Assembly: GCA_046538485.1 (NCBI GenBank)
Contig: JBKHIT010000071.1
Location: forward strand, 1 to 21,374
DNA length: 21,374 bases
From: Candidatus Brocadiia bacterium
GTDB taxonomy: Bacteria > Planctomycetota > Brocadiia > SM23-32
Direction of reading: 5' to 3'
Both the position numbers and the translations under genes were made by a program. Positions 7,906 through 20,211 of the stretch are shown one piece after another (within the stretch, counting starts at the first letter, position 1; each line of letters starts with the position of its first letter). Under the pieces are notes generated by a model. The model searched no databases. It saw only the letters and a program-made list of their open reading frames with translations, and was not told the origin of the DNA.

Positions 7906-8937
7906 TCAGAACAAAACATTATTTGTGTTTCCGACTTCCGTGAGGTTGTCGCGCTCACCGAGCAAAAAGTTTTTTACATTTTCAAAAGCCGCCCGGGCCA
8001 TGCGTTCATTCGACTCCCGCGTATTCGAGCCCACGTGAGGAGTGAGAACGACGTTGGGAAGCGAACGCAGGTCCCGCTCAGGCTCTTCGGGGCGATACGG
8101 TTCCTCCTGGAAGACATCGAGGGCAGCTCCCGCGATGCGACTTTCCGCCAACATATCGTAGAGTTCTGTTTCGTTCACCACCGACCCGCGGGAAGTGTTG
8201 ATCAAAAAAGCTTCCCGCTTCATTCGACTCATTCTGTTCGCCCCGAAAAATCCTTCTGTCTTTTCGTTTCCCGGAACGTGAAGTGTGACAACATCCGCGT
8301 CCACCAGGACGCCATCTACATCGGTCACATATCGGGCGATCTGGTGTTTCTCTTTGATGGACTCAATCGGCATTCCTTCGCGTTGTTCCAGATCCTGAGG
8401 ATTGATGAGGTCAGCCGCCGTCACCTTCATACCGAGACCGGAAGCCGCTGCGGAAGCGACGAGTTTTCCGATCGATCCGAATCCTACTACAAGCAGATTT
8501 TTTCCCCCGAGTTCCGTCCCTGTCTGCGGTTTCCATTTGTGCTGAATCATTTTTCCGTGCAGTCCCGGGATATATCTGGCGAGACTCAACATCAGCGCAA
8601 TTACATGTTCGGCCACGCTTTTATTGAGCACACCGGGGGTATTGGTTACCACAATCCCGTTTTTCCGGGCGAGCTTTTTATCGATACCATCGTGCCCGAC
8701 CCCGAAACGGGCAATAATGGCCCCGTCCTCGCGGCCGCTTTCGCCGAGGGCATCGTAAAGATCTCCCGCATACCGCTGGATTCCAACAACAACAGCACGG
8801 CTCCCTTCTTCGCGGACCCTGGCGGCGAGTTTTGTCTCTTCCGGTGAACACGGCCAGCAGGTAAGCGATGTTGTGTTCTCGAAAACATTCCGTCCCTTCT
8901 CGAATTCGGGCTCCGTCACAAGGATGTTCCCGATCAT
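7906..8937 (-). CDS. D-isomer-specific 2-hydroxyacid dehydrogenase (SerA catalytic domain/glyoxylate reductase-like, no ACT domain)
   Basis: RFGVGHDGID, VTNTPG, SVAEH, VGFGSIG, INTSRG, AALDVFQEEP, TPHVG. Start set at ATG 8937 behind AGGAG. Confidence 0.92.
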   Translation of the reverse strand: MIGNILVTEPEFEKGRNVFENTTSLTCWPCSPEETKLAARVREEGSRAVVVGIQRYAGDLYDALGESGREDGAIIARFGVGHDGIDKKLARKNGIVVTNTPGVLNKSVAEHVIALMLSLARYIPGLHGKMIQHKWKPQTGTELGGKNLLVVGFGSIGKLVASAAASGLGMKVTAADLINPQDLEQREGMPIESIKEKHQIARYVTDVDGVLVDADVVTLHVPGNEKTEGFFGANRMSRMKREAFLINTSRGSVVNETELYDMLAESRIAGAALDVFQEEPYRPEEPERDLRSLPNVVLTPHVGSNTRESNERMARAAFENVKNFLLGERDNLTEVGNTNNVLF

Positions 8938-8971
8938 ATCTCGCTCTCCTGAAGTTCCGGTGACCGTTGCA

Positions 8972-9001
8972 AGTTTACAGCGGAAGCTCGCCATCTCTCA
9001 A
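8972..9001 (-). promoter_or_regulatory. Putative sigma70 promoter for the dehydrogenase-flippase pair
   Basis: Minus strand TTGAGA-N18-TAAACT. Confidence 0.5.
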
Positions 9002-9063
9002 GTCCGACCCAAAACAAGCTTGCTGTTTCCCCAAAATGCAGTGACGTTTATCGCAGATTCATT

Positions 9064-10503
9064 TTACCGCGACGCCAGAGGCAATTCCGCAAGCAACTCG
9101 AAAGCCGGTTCCACATCGCGGTCGATTTCAAGCTGGTCCTGAAGGGCTTGCACATCCAGTTCCTTCGGAGAAACGTTTTCCGCAAGGCTCAAAGCCGTTG
9201 CCGTCCCGGCAGCCTGTCCCGTCGCCATGCAGGTCTGCTGAATCCGCAGACTGGCCTCCGCTTCATGCCCTGCGGAGATGCAGCGCCCCGCCACAAGCAA
9301 ATTGTCGAGATTTTTGGGCAGCAACGCTCCGAATGGAATGTCAAAATATTCACCGTCTTCAACCATCTTACGCGTGCGTTCCTGGTAAGCGGATTCGTGG
9401 TGCGGCACGGCCGGTCGGCTGTAACTATCGGCCGGCCAGACGTCGATGTTCCACGAACTGCGCGCGATAGAATCGGAGCACTTGCGGAAATCCCACGCGT
9501 CGTCTTTCGTCACAATCGCTTCGCCCACAATCCGCCGCGAGGAACGCAGTCCGATATGGTTCGAGGTATCGAGAAGGTAAGAGTCCTCAAAACCTGGCGC
9601 ATGCCGCCGCAGAAAATCAGCCGCCTGGCGGGCCTGCTCCCGCCCTTCCCGTTCGGCGCGGGTCAGATCAAAAGGATCGAGAGGATCGACTTTGAGGACG
9701 CGGCTTATAACCGAGAGGATTTCGCGACGCTGCTCGGGAAGTTCCCACATCCACCCCCGGAGATAATTCAGCAGACGGTTCTTTTCGGTAACGACCGGGG
9801 CATCGTATTCCCCGCGTTTGATCGCGGCATCGAGTTCTGATTCGAGCTCTTCTAAAGCATCCTCGTCCGGCCAGTTTTCGGGTTTTTCGACATTCCCCAT
9901 CCGAAAAACTTTCGTGAGCGCCATGGCCCACGGATGCAATCCGTCGCCCTGCTCCCAGGGCACGCCGGCTGCAGCAGCAACGACAGCATCGCCGGTGGCG
10001 TCGACGAGTCGCTCAGCGCGAACGACACGTCGCCCGGCTTTTGTCTCGAGCACAACGCCTGAGGCTACCTCGTCTTCGATAATGGCGTCGCAGGCCCAGG
10101 CGTGATGAAGCAGATTGACACCGGCTTCGCTGCAGAGATCATCCCAGACAAACTTGACAATTTCAGGATCGACACAGCTCCGGATCTGCCCACAGCCTTT
10201 CCGGATGAGGTCACGCATGCCATTACGTCTTCTCAGACGCCGGGCGTATTCGTGCCAGATTCCCTGAAAATCGACGCCGTTTGTGCTGAGCACGACGCAG
10301 ACAAGCTGTGCGACGGTTGCACCGCCGAGGTAGCTCTCTTTTTCGACAAGCAATGTTTCAGCTCCGTTTCGTGCCGAGGAAATGGCCGCCGCACATCCTG
10401 CGGGTCCACCGCCGCATACAACAATGTCGTAATTACCGATGATCGGAACGTCACGAGCTGGCTCTCTCCAGGTCTCAGTCACTTTTATCCTCCTTCGAGA
10501 CAT
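9064..10503 (-). CDS. FAD-dependent oxidoreductase (FAD_oxidored-type family)
   Basis: DIVVCGGGPAGCAAAISSARNGA, VDATGD, LRSSRRIVG, IPFGALLP..NLLVAGRCIS..SLRIQQTCMATGQAAG. Start ATG 10503 with AGAAGGA RBS. Confidence 0.92.
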   Translation of the reverse strand: MSRRRIKVTETWREPARDVPIIGNYDIVVCGGGPAGCAAAISSARNGAETLLVEKESYLGGATVAQLVCVVLSTNGVDFQGIWHEYARRLRRRNGMRDLIRKGCGQIRSCVDPEIVKFVWDDLCSEAGVNLLHHAWACDAIIEDEVASGVVLETKAGRRVVRAERLVDATGDAVVAAAAGVPWEQGDGLHPWAMALTKVFRMGNVEKPENWPDEDALEELESELDAAIKRGEYDAPVVTEKNRLLNYLRGWMWELPEQRREILSVISRVLKVDPLDPFDLTRAEREGREQARQAADFLRRHAPGFEDSYLLDTSNHIGLRSSRRIVGEAIVTKDDAWDFRKCSDSIARSSWNIDVWPADSYSRPAVPHHESAYQERTRKMVEDGEYFDIPFGALLPKNLDNLLVAGRCISAGHEAEASLRIQQTCMATGQAAGTATALSLAENVSPKELDVQALQDQLEIDRDVEPAFELLAELPLASR

Positions 10504-10872
10504 TACATCCTTCTGGTATCTTGTAAATCGTATACATCCCACAGAAGGCGTACCCATTGTGAAAGTGCCGTGAGCAACGGCATCTCCGAACCGTCGGCCC
10601 GCGCGATCTAATCAATTTCGCCCCGGCTAGCCGGTCTTCGCTCTGGTATCATTTTCAATCCCCAGAACGGTAGCACGGACTTATTTCTACCGGCGTCGGG
10701 ACTACATGTTAACAACCTGATTTCTCTGTTCAATTCGGCTGGCTGTTCACCACAGGAGTTTTTTCAGTTTTCGTTTAGGGTTATACTACGAAGCTGGATT
10801 TCATGCCAGCAGCCCAAATTGTTTCTGGTGAGAAAAACTTTTTGCAGCCACATTTTTTGATCGGGAAACCTC

Positions 10873-11685
10873 GTGCTTGATTTTTTCGTAATCATTATCA
10901 TTCTTGGATTCGCCGGAATTGGCTACCTCAGGGGAATTCTGCGGGAATCTTTGACGGTTGGTGCGCTCATAGTGTCGTATTTCGCGGGAGCCGTCCTCGC
11001 TCCGCCTTTTGCGGAACTGGTTATGCTGATACGCCCCCTCAATCCGGGAGTTGCGTATGCCATCGGCCGCGCCGCTGGTGGATTACTGGCTTTTTTCTCC
11101 CTTGCGGTGACGGCGAGAATTGCCGACCAACGTATCGGCCGGGGCTCTCAGGGGATACCTGTCTTCTGGAACCGGTTTCTTGGTCTTCTGGGCGGTTTCG
11201 GACTGGGTTGCGGTCTTGCGATTTTTTTGCTATGCGTTGCCGACGCTCTCGAAAAAGCCTATCCGGCATCAGACTCATGGCAGGTTCGTGTCGCAAGAAA
11301 ATCACGTCTGGCAAATTTGGTCTCGGCTTATAACCCGGCAGACAGGTTGCTTCTCATCGATTACGTTCGGCTCCTCAACGAAGTCAGCTCTGATCCCAAC
11401 TCAGTGGAGGAATTGAAACAGGAAGATATGTTCCGTCAGCTCCTCGAACGGGACTTGATTCAGGAAATCCTGGCCGACGACGAATTGATGGAAGCCATCC
11501 GCACCCGGGAACTGGCGGAAGTGGCCAGAGATCCGCGAATTCGGCAGCTGCTGCGGGACGAAGAGTTGCGCGAGATTATGTTTTCCCCGGAGATGAAAGA
11601 AGCTGTCCGTCGCTATGGAGAAAATGCCGACAAAGAGCAGGACGAAACAACGGGACAGGGAAGATCAGGGGGAAGTACAGAGTAG
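10873..11685 (+). CDS. CvpA (colicin V production) family membrane protein with long C-terminal helical extension
   Basis: MLDFFVIIIIL..GYLRGILRE, four TM segments, NRFLGLLGG, and a KSRL motif after TM4. Confidence 0.85.
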   Translation: MLDFFVIIIILGFAGIGYLRGILRESLTVGALIVSYFAGAVLAPPFAELVMLIRPLNPGVAYAIGRAAGGLLAFFSLAVTARIADQRIGRGSQGIPVFWNRFLGLLGGFGLGCGLAIFLLCVADALEKAYPASDSWQVRVARKSRLANLVSAYNPADRLLLIDYVRLLNEVSSDPNSVEELKQEDMFRQLLERDLIQEILADDELMEAIRTRELAEVARDPRIRQLLRDEELREIMFSPEMKEAVRRYGENADKEQDETTGQGRSGGSTE

Positions 11686-11771
11686 GAAAGCTGCGCATCG
11701 AGGAGTAAAATTACAGCAGGGAAATCGGGCACTTTGCGTTGTCGGTACAGCAGCTTCGCGCCCGGCCGCGT

Positions 11772-12749
11772 TCATCGAATGCCCGTTTTCTGCCGGACCT
11801 CTGCCATTGTTTGCTCAGCCTGTTCCTTGCATTTACTTGCGCCCGTAGCGATCACGTCATCGACAAAATCCGGATCATTCTGATATTCGCGATATTTCTG
11901 GCGAACTGGTTCAAGCTCCTGGATCATGTTCTCGGCGAGCCGCTTTTTGCATTCCACGCATCCGATTCCAGCCGTACGGCAACCTTTTTCGCACCAGGCT
12001 ACGTCTTCGTCGGATGAGAATCCGAGATGCATGGTGTGGATGTTACAGACTTCCGGATTGCCCGGATCGTCACGCCTGATTCGGGCGGGGTCGGTGGCCG
12101 CTGTGCGGAGCATCTCCCGGATTTCGTCGGGTTCGGCAAGGACCGGAATATAGTTGTTGAGGCTCTTGCTCATTTTGTTTTTGCCCTCAAGCCCCATCAA
12201 CCGCGTCACCCGGCTGAATTTGGGTTGGGGTTCGGGGAACGTCTCGCCGTACCGTCGGTTAAATGCGCGACAAACTTCTCTGGCAAATTCCAGATGCTGG
12301 GTCTGGTCTTCTCCAACTGGCACAACAGTAGCTTTGTAAAGAAGAATATCGGCGGCCATCAGGATGGGATACGTGAAGAGCCCCGCGTTAACATTTTCAC
12401 GATGCTGTTCGCTTTTCTCTTTGAACTGGGTCATCCGGCTGAGTTCGCCGTAGGCAGCGCATGTGCTCAAAACCCACGTCAATTCGGTGTGCTCCGGCAC
12501 ATGGCTCTGGACAAACAGCGTGCAGCGTGCCGGGTCGAGTCCGGCGGCCATGTTGACCATCACGGTCTCACGGATCTTCTCCTGCATCTCATCGGGGGCG
12601 TAATCGACCGTCATCGCATGGAGGTCGACCACACAGAAGATACAGTTGTAATCATTAAGCATTTGAGCCCAGTTACGGATAGCACCGAGGTAATTGCCGA
12701 TATGGACGACCCCGGTTGGTTGAATTCCACTGAAGACCGTTTTTCCCAT
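11772..12749 (-). CDS. trpS: Tryptophan--tRNA ligase
   Basis: FSGIQPTG, HIGNYLGA, GLFTYPILMAADILLY, VPVGEDQ, KMSKS. Start set at ATG 12749. Confidence 0.98.
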   Translation of the reverse strand: MGKTVFSGIQPTGVVHIGNYLGAIRNWAQMLNDYNCIFCVVDLHAMTVDYAPDEMQEKIRETVMVNMAAGLDPARCTLFVQSHVPEHTELTWVLSTCAAYGELSRMTQFKEKSEQHRENVNAGLFTYPILMAADILLYKATVVPVGEDQTQHLEFAREVCRAFNRRYGETFPEPQPKFSRVTRLMGLEGKNKMSKSLNNYIPVLAEPDEIREMLRTAATDPARIRRDDPGNPEVCNIHTMHLGFSSDEDVAWCEKGCRTAGIGCVECKKRLAENMIQELEPVRQKYREYQNDPDFVDDVIATGASKCKEQAEQTMAEVRQKTGIR

Positions 12750-12830
12750 AGTTTTTCCAGAACGTTTAAGTATTGAATTTGGCACTTGAACGGGTTTAAA
12801 GGCGACGCTGCCACCTCAGGCGCTTACCTG

Positions 12831-12860
12831 ATCATAAACTATCGGCGCGACCCGGGTCAA
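12831..12860 (-). promoter_or_regulatory. Putative sigma70 promoter of trpS
   Basis: Minus strand TTGACC-N18-TATGAT, about 80 nt upstream of the start. Confidence 0.6.
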
Positions 12861-12869
12861 CCGGCCGTT

Positions 12870-14051
12870 TCACCAGCTGGCATCTCGTATTCGCTCTGCC
12901 GCTTTCTCGACGTTTTTGAGGCTCGGGACGAGCGCGAATCGAACAAACCCTTCGCCCGGGTTCAGTCCATCTCTGGTTTCATTGCTAATCCAGGCACCCG
13001 GCGTTGTAACAACCGCGATGTCGGGGTCAAGCAAAGATGTTGCAAAATCCACGGATGTATGGCCTTCCGGAACACTCTGCCAGAGATAAATCGTGGCCTC
13101 CGGGCGGCAATCCGGCAGTCCGCTGTCGACAAGAGCATCGGCGAGAAGGTCGCGTTTTTGCCGATACAGCTCACGGCTCTCGCAGACGTGTTCTTCATCA
13201 TTGAGCGCCGCGATGGCTGCCTCCTGCACGAAATTGGCAGTCCCGCTGTCGATATTGGTTTTGACTTTCTTAAAGATTTCCACAATTCGCCTATCCCCCG
13301 CTACCCAACCCACGCGATAGCCGGTCATGGCGCTACGTTTCGAGAGGCTCTGGAAGACCACAACTCCTTCGCGTCCCACCTCCAGCATGCTTATGGGCGG
13401 TTCTTCCGTATAGTAAATCTCGCTGTAGGCCTCATCGCTGGCGACGATAATGTTGTGGTTCTGCCCGAATTCGACGATTTTCTCGAGATACTCGCGGGGA
13501 GCGACCGCGCCGGTCGGGCTGTTAGGATAATTCACCCATATGATCCTTGCCGCATCGGCCACCTGGCCCGGAATGTCATCGAGATCAATAAGATAATTGT
13601 TCTCGGGTAGCACCGGAACGTAAAAGACTTCGCCTTCGGCGAAAATCGTGCCCCGGGTGTAGGGAGGATAGCCGGGCGTGGGAACGATCACGGTGTCGCC
13701 GGGATCAACAAACCCTTCAGCAAAATTGAACACGCCTTCCTTCGCTCCGATCGAGCTCGTAATTTCTTTTTCGGGATCGAGCGAAACTCCAAAACGATCT
13801 TCCGTCCAGCGAGCAATTGTCTCGCGGTAGCAATCCATCCCGATGTAGCTCGGGTAACCGGCTGTTTTATGGGTTTCAACCCCTTCCTTCACCGCATCTC
13901 GCACAATCGGAGGCGGGGGAATCGTTGGATCGCCAACACCGAAATCAATGGGCTCAATTCCTTCTTTCTCCAGCTGTTTGACTTTCTCATCGACTTCGGC
14001 AAACGCGTAACTGCCAATGGATTGAACTCTTTGGGACGGCACGATTTCCAT
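12870..14051 (-). CDS. PLP-dependent class I/II aminotransferase, LL-diaminopimelate or succinyl-DAP aminotransferase-like (DapL/DapC)
   Basis: YAFAEVD, IDFGVGDP, GYPSYIG, GAKEG, NYPNSPTGA, SDEAYSEIY, PLP-lysine motif SLSKRSAMTGYRVG, EGFVRFAL. DapL and DapC cannot be separated by eye. Confidence 0.88.
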   Translation of the reverse strand: MEIVPSQRVQSIGSYAFAEVDEKVKQLEKEGIEPIDFGVGDPTIPPPPIVRDAVKEGVETHKTAGYPSYIGMDCYRETIARWTEDRFGVSLDPEKEITSSIGAKEGVFNFAEGFVDPGDTVIVPTPGYPPYTRGTIFAEGEVFYVPVLPENNYLIDLDDIPGQVADAARIIWVNYPNSPTGAVAPREYLEKIVEFGQNHNIIVASDEAYSEIYYTEEPPISMLEVGREGVVVFQSLSKRSAMTGYRVGWVAGDRRIVEIFKKVKTNIDSGTANFVQEAAIAALNDEEHVCESRELYRQKRDLLADALVDSGLPDCRPEATIYLWQSVPEGHTSVDFATSLLDPDIAVVTTPGAWISNETRDGLNPGEGFVRFALVPSLKNVEKAAERIRDASW

Positions 14052-14189
14052 TTTGACGCTCTTTTAAACAGAAACAGAGAATTCGGGTGAGGTTACGCAG
14101 CAAAACTAATTCTGCACTCATTATGGATTTGCAGCAATATATGCCCGAAATGCCCAAAAGTCAATCGCGGGTGATCACAGGGTTGCGCA

Positions 14190-14218
14190 TTGCCTGTTTG
14201 GACTCGCGCGTTTATACT
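14190..14218 (+). promoter_or_regulatory. Putative sigma70 promoter upstream of the URO-D remnant and GT2 gene
   Basis: TTGCCT-N17-TATACT. Confidence 0.6.
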
Positions 14219-14283
14219 CTTTGATCGCACGTTCTCTGTAGCGCCTAAAAGCCTCCGGCCAACAACAAACAGGGACAACAATT

Positions 14284-14433
14284 ATGACGTCTCGGGAGCG
14301 CATGAAATCTATCCTGTCACTGGAAACTCCCGATCATATGGGTTTGTTCGAGCATTTCTGGCCGGAGACCATACGGGACTATTGGCAGAAAGAAGGTTAT
14401 CCTGAAGGGATCCCACTGGACCAGTATGCATGA
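14284..14433 (+). pseudogene. N-terminal remnant (49 aa) of a URO-D-family gene
   Basis: MTSRERMKSILSLETPDHMGLFEHFWPETIRDYWQKEGYPEGIPLDQYA*. MTSRER..PD..FWPET..W..EG.P is the typical N-terminus of URO-D-like proteins. AGGGA RBS. Below the ORF-track size cutoff. Confidence 0.7.
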
Positions 14434-14475
14434 CATCGAAGTCCAAACACATTCTGATTCAAAAAAGGTAAATCT

Positions 14476-15210
14476 ATGACGAATTCCCCTCCGGACAGTA
14501 ACCAGAAAACAAGCTCGACAGAAGACGTCCCCCTGCTCTCGGTCGTTATCCCCGCCTACAACGAAATCGCCACGATTCGAGATATTCTCGATCGGGTCCT
14601 TGAAGAACAGACTGAGAAAGAGATCATTGTTGTCGATGACGGTTCCACCGACGGCACCGGTGAGGAGGCTGAAGATATCGGTGACGACCGGATCCGCGTG
14701 GTTCGGCATGAAAAGAATATGGGCAAAGGAGCCGCTTTGCAGACAGGATTCCGGGAAGCAGCCGGCGAGATCGTGCTGGTGCAGGATGCGGATCTTGAAT
14801 ATGATCCCGAAAACTACAGCGCCCTGCTGGAACCGATACTTTCGGACCGGGCCGATATCGTCTACGGATCGCGGTTCCTCGGGGGCCCTCACAGAGTCCT
14901 GTACTTCTGGCACTTTCTCGCCAACAAAACGCTCACTTTCTGGTCCAATCTCTGGAGCAATTTGAACCTCTCGGATATGGAAACGGGGTACAAAGTCTTC
15001 CGACGTGAAATTCTATCAGGGCTTAGTTTTCGACAAAAAGGTTTCGGCATAGAACCGGAGATCACCCAGAAAATTGCCCGCCGCGACTGGCGCATATTCG
15101 AAGTTCCCGTCTCTTACTATGGCCGCACCTACGCCGAAGGGAAGAAAATTGGTATCAGGGATGCCATTTGGGCGTTCTGGTGCGTCATGCGTTACGCTTT
15201 TGTGGATTAG
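14476..15210 (+). CDS. Glycosyltransferase family 2, DPM1-like (polyprenol-phosphate glycosyltransferase)
   Basis: LSVVIPAYNE, IIVVDDGSTDGT, NMGKGAAL, QDADLEYDP, VYGSRFLG, LSDMETGYKVFR, FGIEPEIT, GRTYAEGKKI. Confidence 0.95.
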   Translation: MTNSPPDSNQKTSSTEDVPLLSVVIPAYNEIATIRDILDRVLEEQTEKEIIVVDDGSTDGTGEEAEDIGDDRIRVVRHEKNMGKGAALQTGFREAAGEIVLVQDADLEYDPENYSALLEPILSDRADIVYGSRFLGGPHRVLYFWHFLANKTLTFWSNLWSNLNLSDMETGYKVFRREILSGLSFRQKGFGIEPEITQKIARRDWRIFEVPVSYYGRTYAEGKKIGIRDAIWAFWCVMRYAFVD

Positions 15211-15360
15211 TCTTTTCAATTCCAGGAGGGCATCGAAACCGAAGACGTTGAAAGATTTCACAAACCCGCCTGTAATACGGCCTCTGGCTGCTTTCAGCAC
15301 CGCCAGAAACGCAGAAATCCACCATTCAATGAATATAGAAACGGGCGCTGTCCCGTGGTC

Positions 15361-15510
15361 CAGCGGTTCCTACCTGACCGTGAGGAATTTGCGCTCGGTC
15401 CAATGGGAACAGGCAGCACGATTTTCGGCAAATGTACGGCTATCAACACCCGCATGACCCACAGCGCAAATCCCTCACCGTCGCGCACACTTGAATGTCC
15501 GGACCGCCTG
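15361..15510. other. Long imperfect palindrome / rod-like hairpin, candidate structured RNA or repeat
   Basis: 15376-15395 pairs with 15463-15482 (18/20); outer CAGCGGTTCC/GGACCGCCTG pairing; nested inner stems. Confidence 0.5.
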
Positions 15511-15715
15511 TGATAGGGTTTATTTTCCGCTTGGGGTCATGACGCACGGAGCACGCGCACGCCGCCCTCGGCAGCGCGCAACAAACCACCCCGTCGCACT
15601 CACTCCCCAATTGACGTTTTAATCGGAAACAATTTCTGCCAGCAGGAAATGGCATTTCTGCGAAAAAGTGAACTTTCATGAATGCTTCTCAGGGCTAAGA
15701 AGAAGGAGTAGAGAG

Positions 15716-18637
<2,922 letters not shown>

Positions 18638-18661
18638 CTTAGTGTTTATCCCCTCTGATCT

Positions 18662-18691
18662 GGCTGCACGGGTTGACTGGCCCGTGCAGCC
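18662..18691. terminator. Strong hairpin between convergent ppdK and sulfatase genes
   Basis: GGCTGCACGGG-N8-CCCGTGCAGCC, a perfect 11-bp stem; only a weak U-tract on the + side. Confidence 0.45.
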
Positions 18692-18774
18692 TTCAATACC
18701 TTTGCTAACGCCGCCGCTGTGGTTTGTCAGCGGGGCCGAAGTTGCCCGCCGAGTTCCTCGCTTACCCCCCTCGT

Positions 18775-20211
18775 TCAGTCCACCACTTCCGATGAAAAGC
18801 CGCGAGGATTCTGGTCAAACGGCACGACATCTGACGTGTGGATGTACCAATCCAACATCTGCTCTTCCAGCCGATTGACCACGCCCTGATACTCCTCCTG
18901 CCCGTACACATTTTTTGTCTCGCACGGATCTTCATTTAGATCATAAAGTTCATGTTCGCCATTGGTCCGGCGGATAAGTTTGTAGTCGGATGTCCGCAGC
19001 ATTGTGGACCGGCAGACGGTTTCGGGTTTTTCCTGCTGCTGGAGAGCCTTGGGATAGTAAATGCCTTCCTCGTTCTCGATGATCCCATCGTTTTGGTCCC
19101 CTTCGAAGCACTGCGGTTCGTGGACATCGTACCCCCCTTCAGCGAAAACCGCACGGTCGGGGTCGCCCGGGGCGCCTTCGAGCTGCGGGACCAGTGACCG
19201 GGCGTGATGGGTGTGTTGTTCCTCAATTCCGGCCAGTTCGAGAGTGGTGGGAACAATGTCAAAAGATTCAATCGGCTCATTCACTTCGCAGCCCCCAGGC
19301 ATATCCGGCGCACGGATGATCATCGGAATCCGCGTCAGACAGTCATCGAGACCACTCGGCCATTTTTCGACCAGTCCGTAATCCCCGGCCCAGTCGCCGT
19401 GATCCGAAAACGCAACCACTGTGGTTTCATCGGCGAGCCCCGATTCGTTCAGGGCCTCAAGAATACGTCCCAGCAGGTGGTCCACAAACGAGACCATCCC
19501 GAGGTAGACGGCCTGGATTTTTCGGAAAGTGCTTTCATCGAGCCTGTCCAGGTCGCGGTATTTTCGTATCTCTTGAACGAAAGACGGCTTACCGGGCATC
19601 TCAGCGGGCCGGAGAGACGGCAAATCGTCCGGATCATACATGCTGTAGAACGGTTCAGCGACCGTGTAAGAGGGATGGGGCATGCTGCTGGCAATAAAAA
19701 GCATAAAAGGCGGGGCTCCCGCTTCACGATTTTTGATAAAATCCACAGCCTCATCCACAATAATTTCATCCCGGTGCCGCCCCTCCACCGGCCCACGAAG
19801 AAAACTGTAATAGCCCGGCTCGCCAAAATCGTAGATATCTTCTGACTTGCCCGCCCAAGGAACGCCATGGATTTTGGTGACCGACGGCCCTACGCTCTCC
19901 GGCGCCAGCGCGTCATTTTTCCCGACCCAGTGGACGTCATACCCCTCATCTTTCAAATAACGGAACGTATTCGGTTCATCGGGCTGGAGAAGATGCCACA
20001 GCGTCCTGTGACCGCGGGTGTGGGGGTACCAACCGGTTAGGAAACTACATCGTGAGGGCGAACAAACCGTGTGCTGAACATGACATTGATCGAATCGGGT
20101 TCCCTGCTCGGCCAGACGATCGTAATTTGGGGTTTGCGCCAGCTCGTGCCCATAACATCCGAGCACATCGGCCCGCATCTCATCCGGATTGAAATACACA
20201 AAATTCATCAT
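18775..20211 (-). CDS. Sulfatase (S1 family, Cys-type; choline-sulfatase-like)
   Basis: FNPDEMRAD, formylglycine motif CSPSRCSFLTG, VGKND, PHPSY, FSDHGD, HELYDLNEDPCE; GGGAG RBS. Confidence 0.95.
   Translation of the reverse strand: MMNFVYFNPDEMRADVLGCYGHELAQTPNYDRLAEQGTRFDQCHVQHTVCSPSRCSFLTGWYPHTRGHRTLWHLLQPDEPNTFRYLKDEGYDVHWVGKNDALAPESVGPSVTKIHGVPWAGKSEDIYDFGEPGYYSFLRGPVEGRHRDEIIVDEAVDFIKNREAGAPPFMLFIASSMPHPSYTVAEPFYSMYDPDDLPSLRPAEMPGKPSFVQEIRKYRDLDRLDESTFRKIQAVYLGMVSFVDHLLGRILEALNESGLADETTVVAFSDHGDWAGDYGLVEKWPSGLDDCLTRIPMIIRAPDMPGGCEVNEPIESFDIVPTTLELAGIEEQHTHHARSLVPQLEGAPGDPDRAVFAEGGYDVHEPQCFEGDQNDGIIENEEGIYYPKALQQQEKPETVCRSTMLRTSDYKLIRRTNGEHELYDLNEDPCETKNVYGQEEYQGVVNRLEEQMLDWYIHTSDVVPFDQNPRGFSSEVVD

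Noticed and set aside
12750..12869. T-box riboswitch or attenuator upstream of trpS
   Set aside because: Only about 80 nt of leader after the promoter candidate; no T-box consensus, terminator or Trp-rich leader peptide.
14431..14433. Selenocysteine readthrough of the TGA ending the URO-D remnant
   Set aside because: Another in-frame TGA follows within a few codons, there is no SECIS-like hairpin, and there is no room for the rest of the protein.
15290..15324. tRNA/tmRNA 3' end (TCCACCA at 15318-15324)
   Set aside because: No T-arm (GTTCRA) or acceptor-stem partner upstream.
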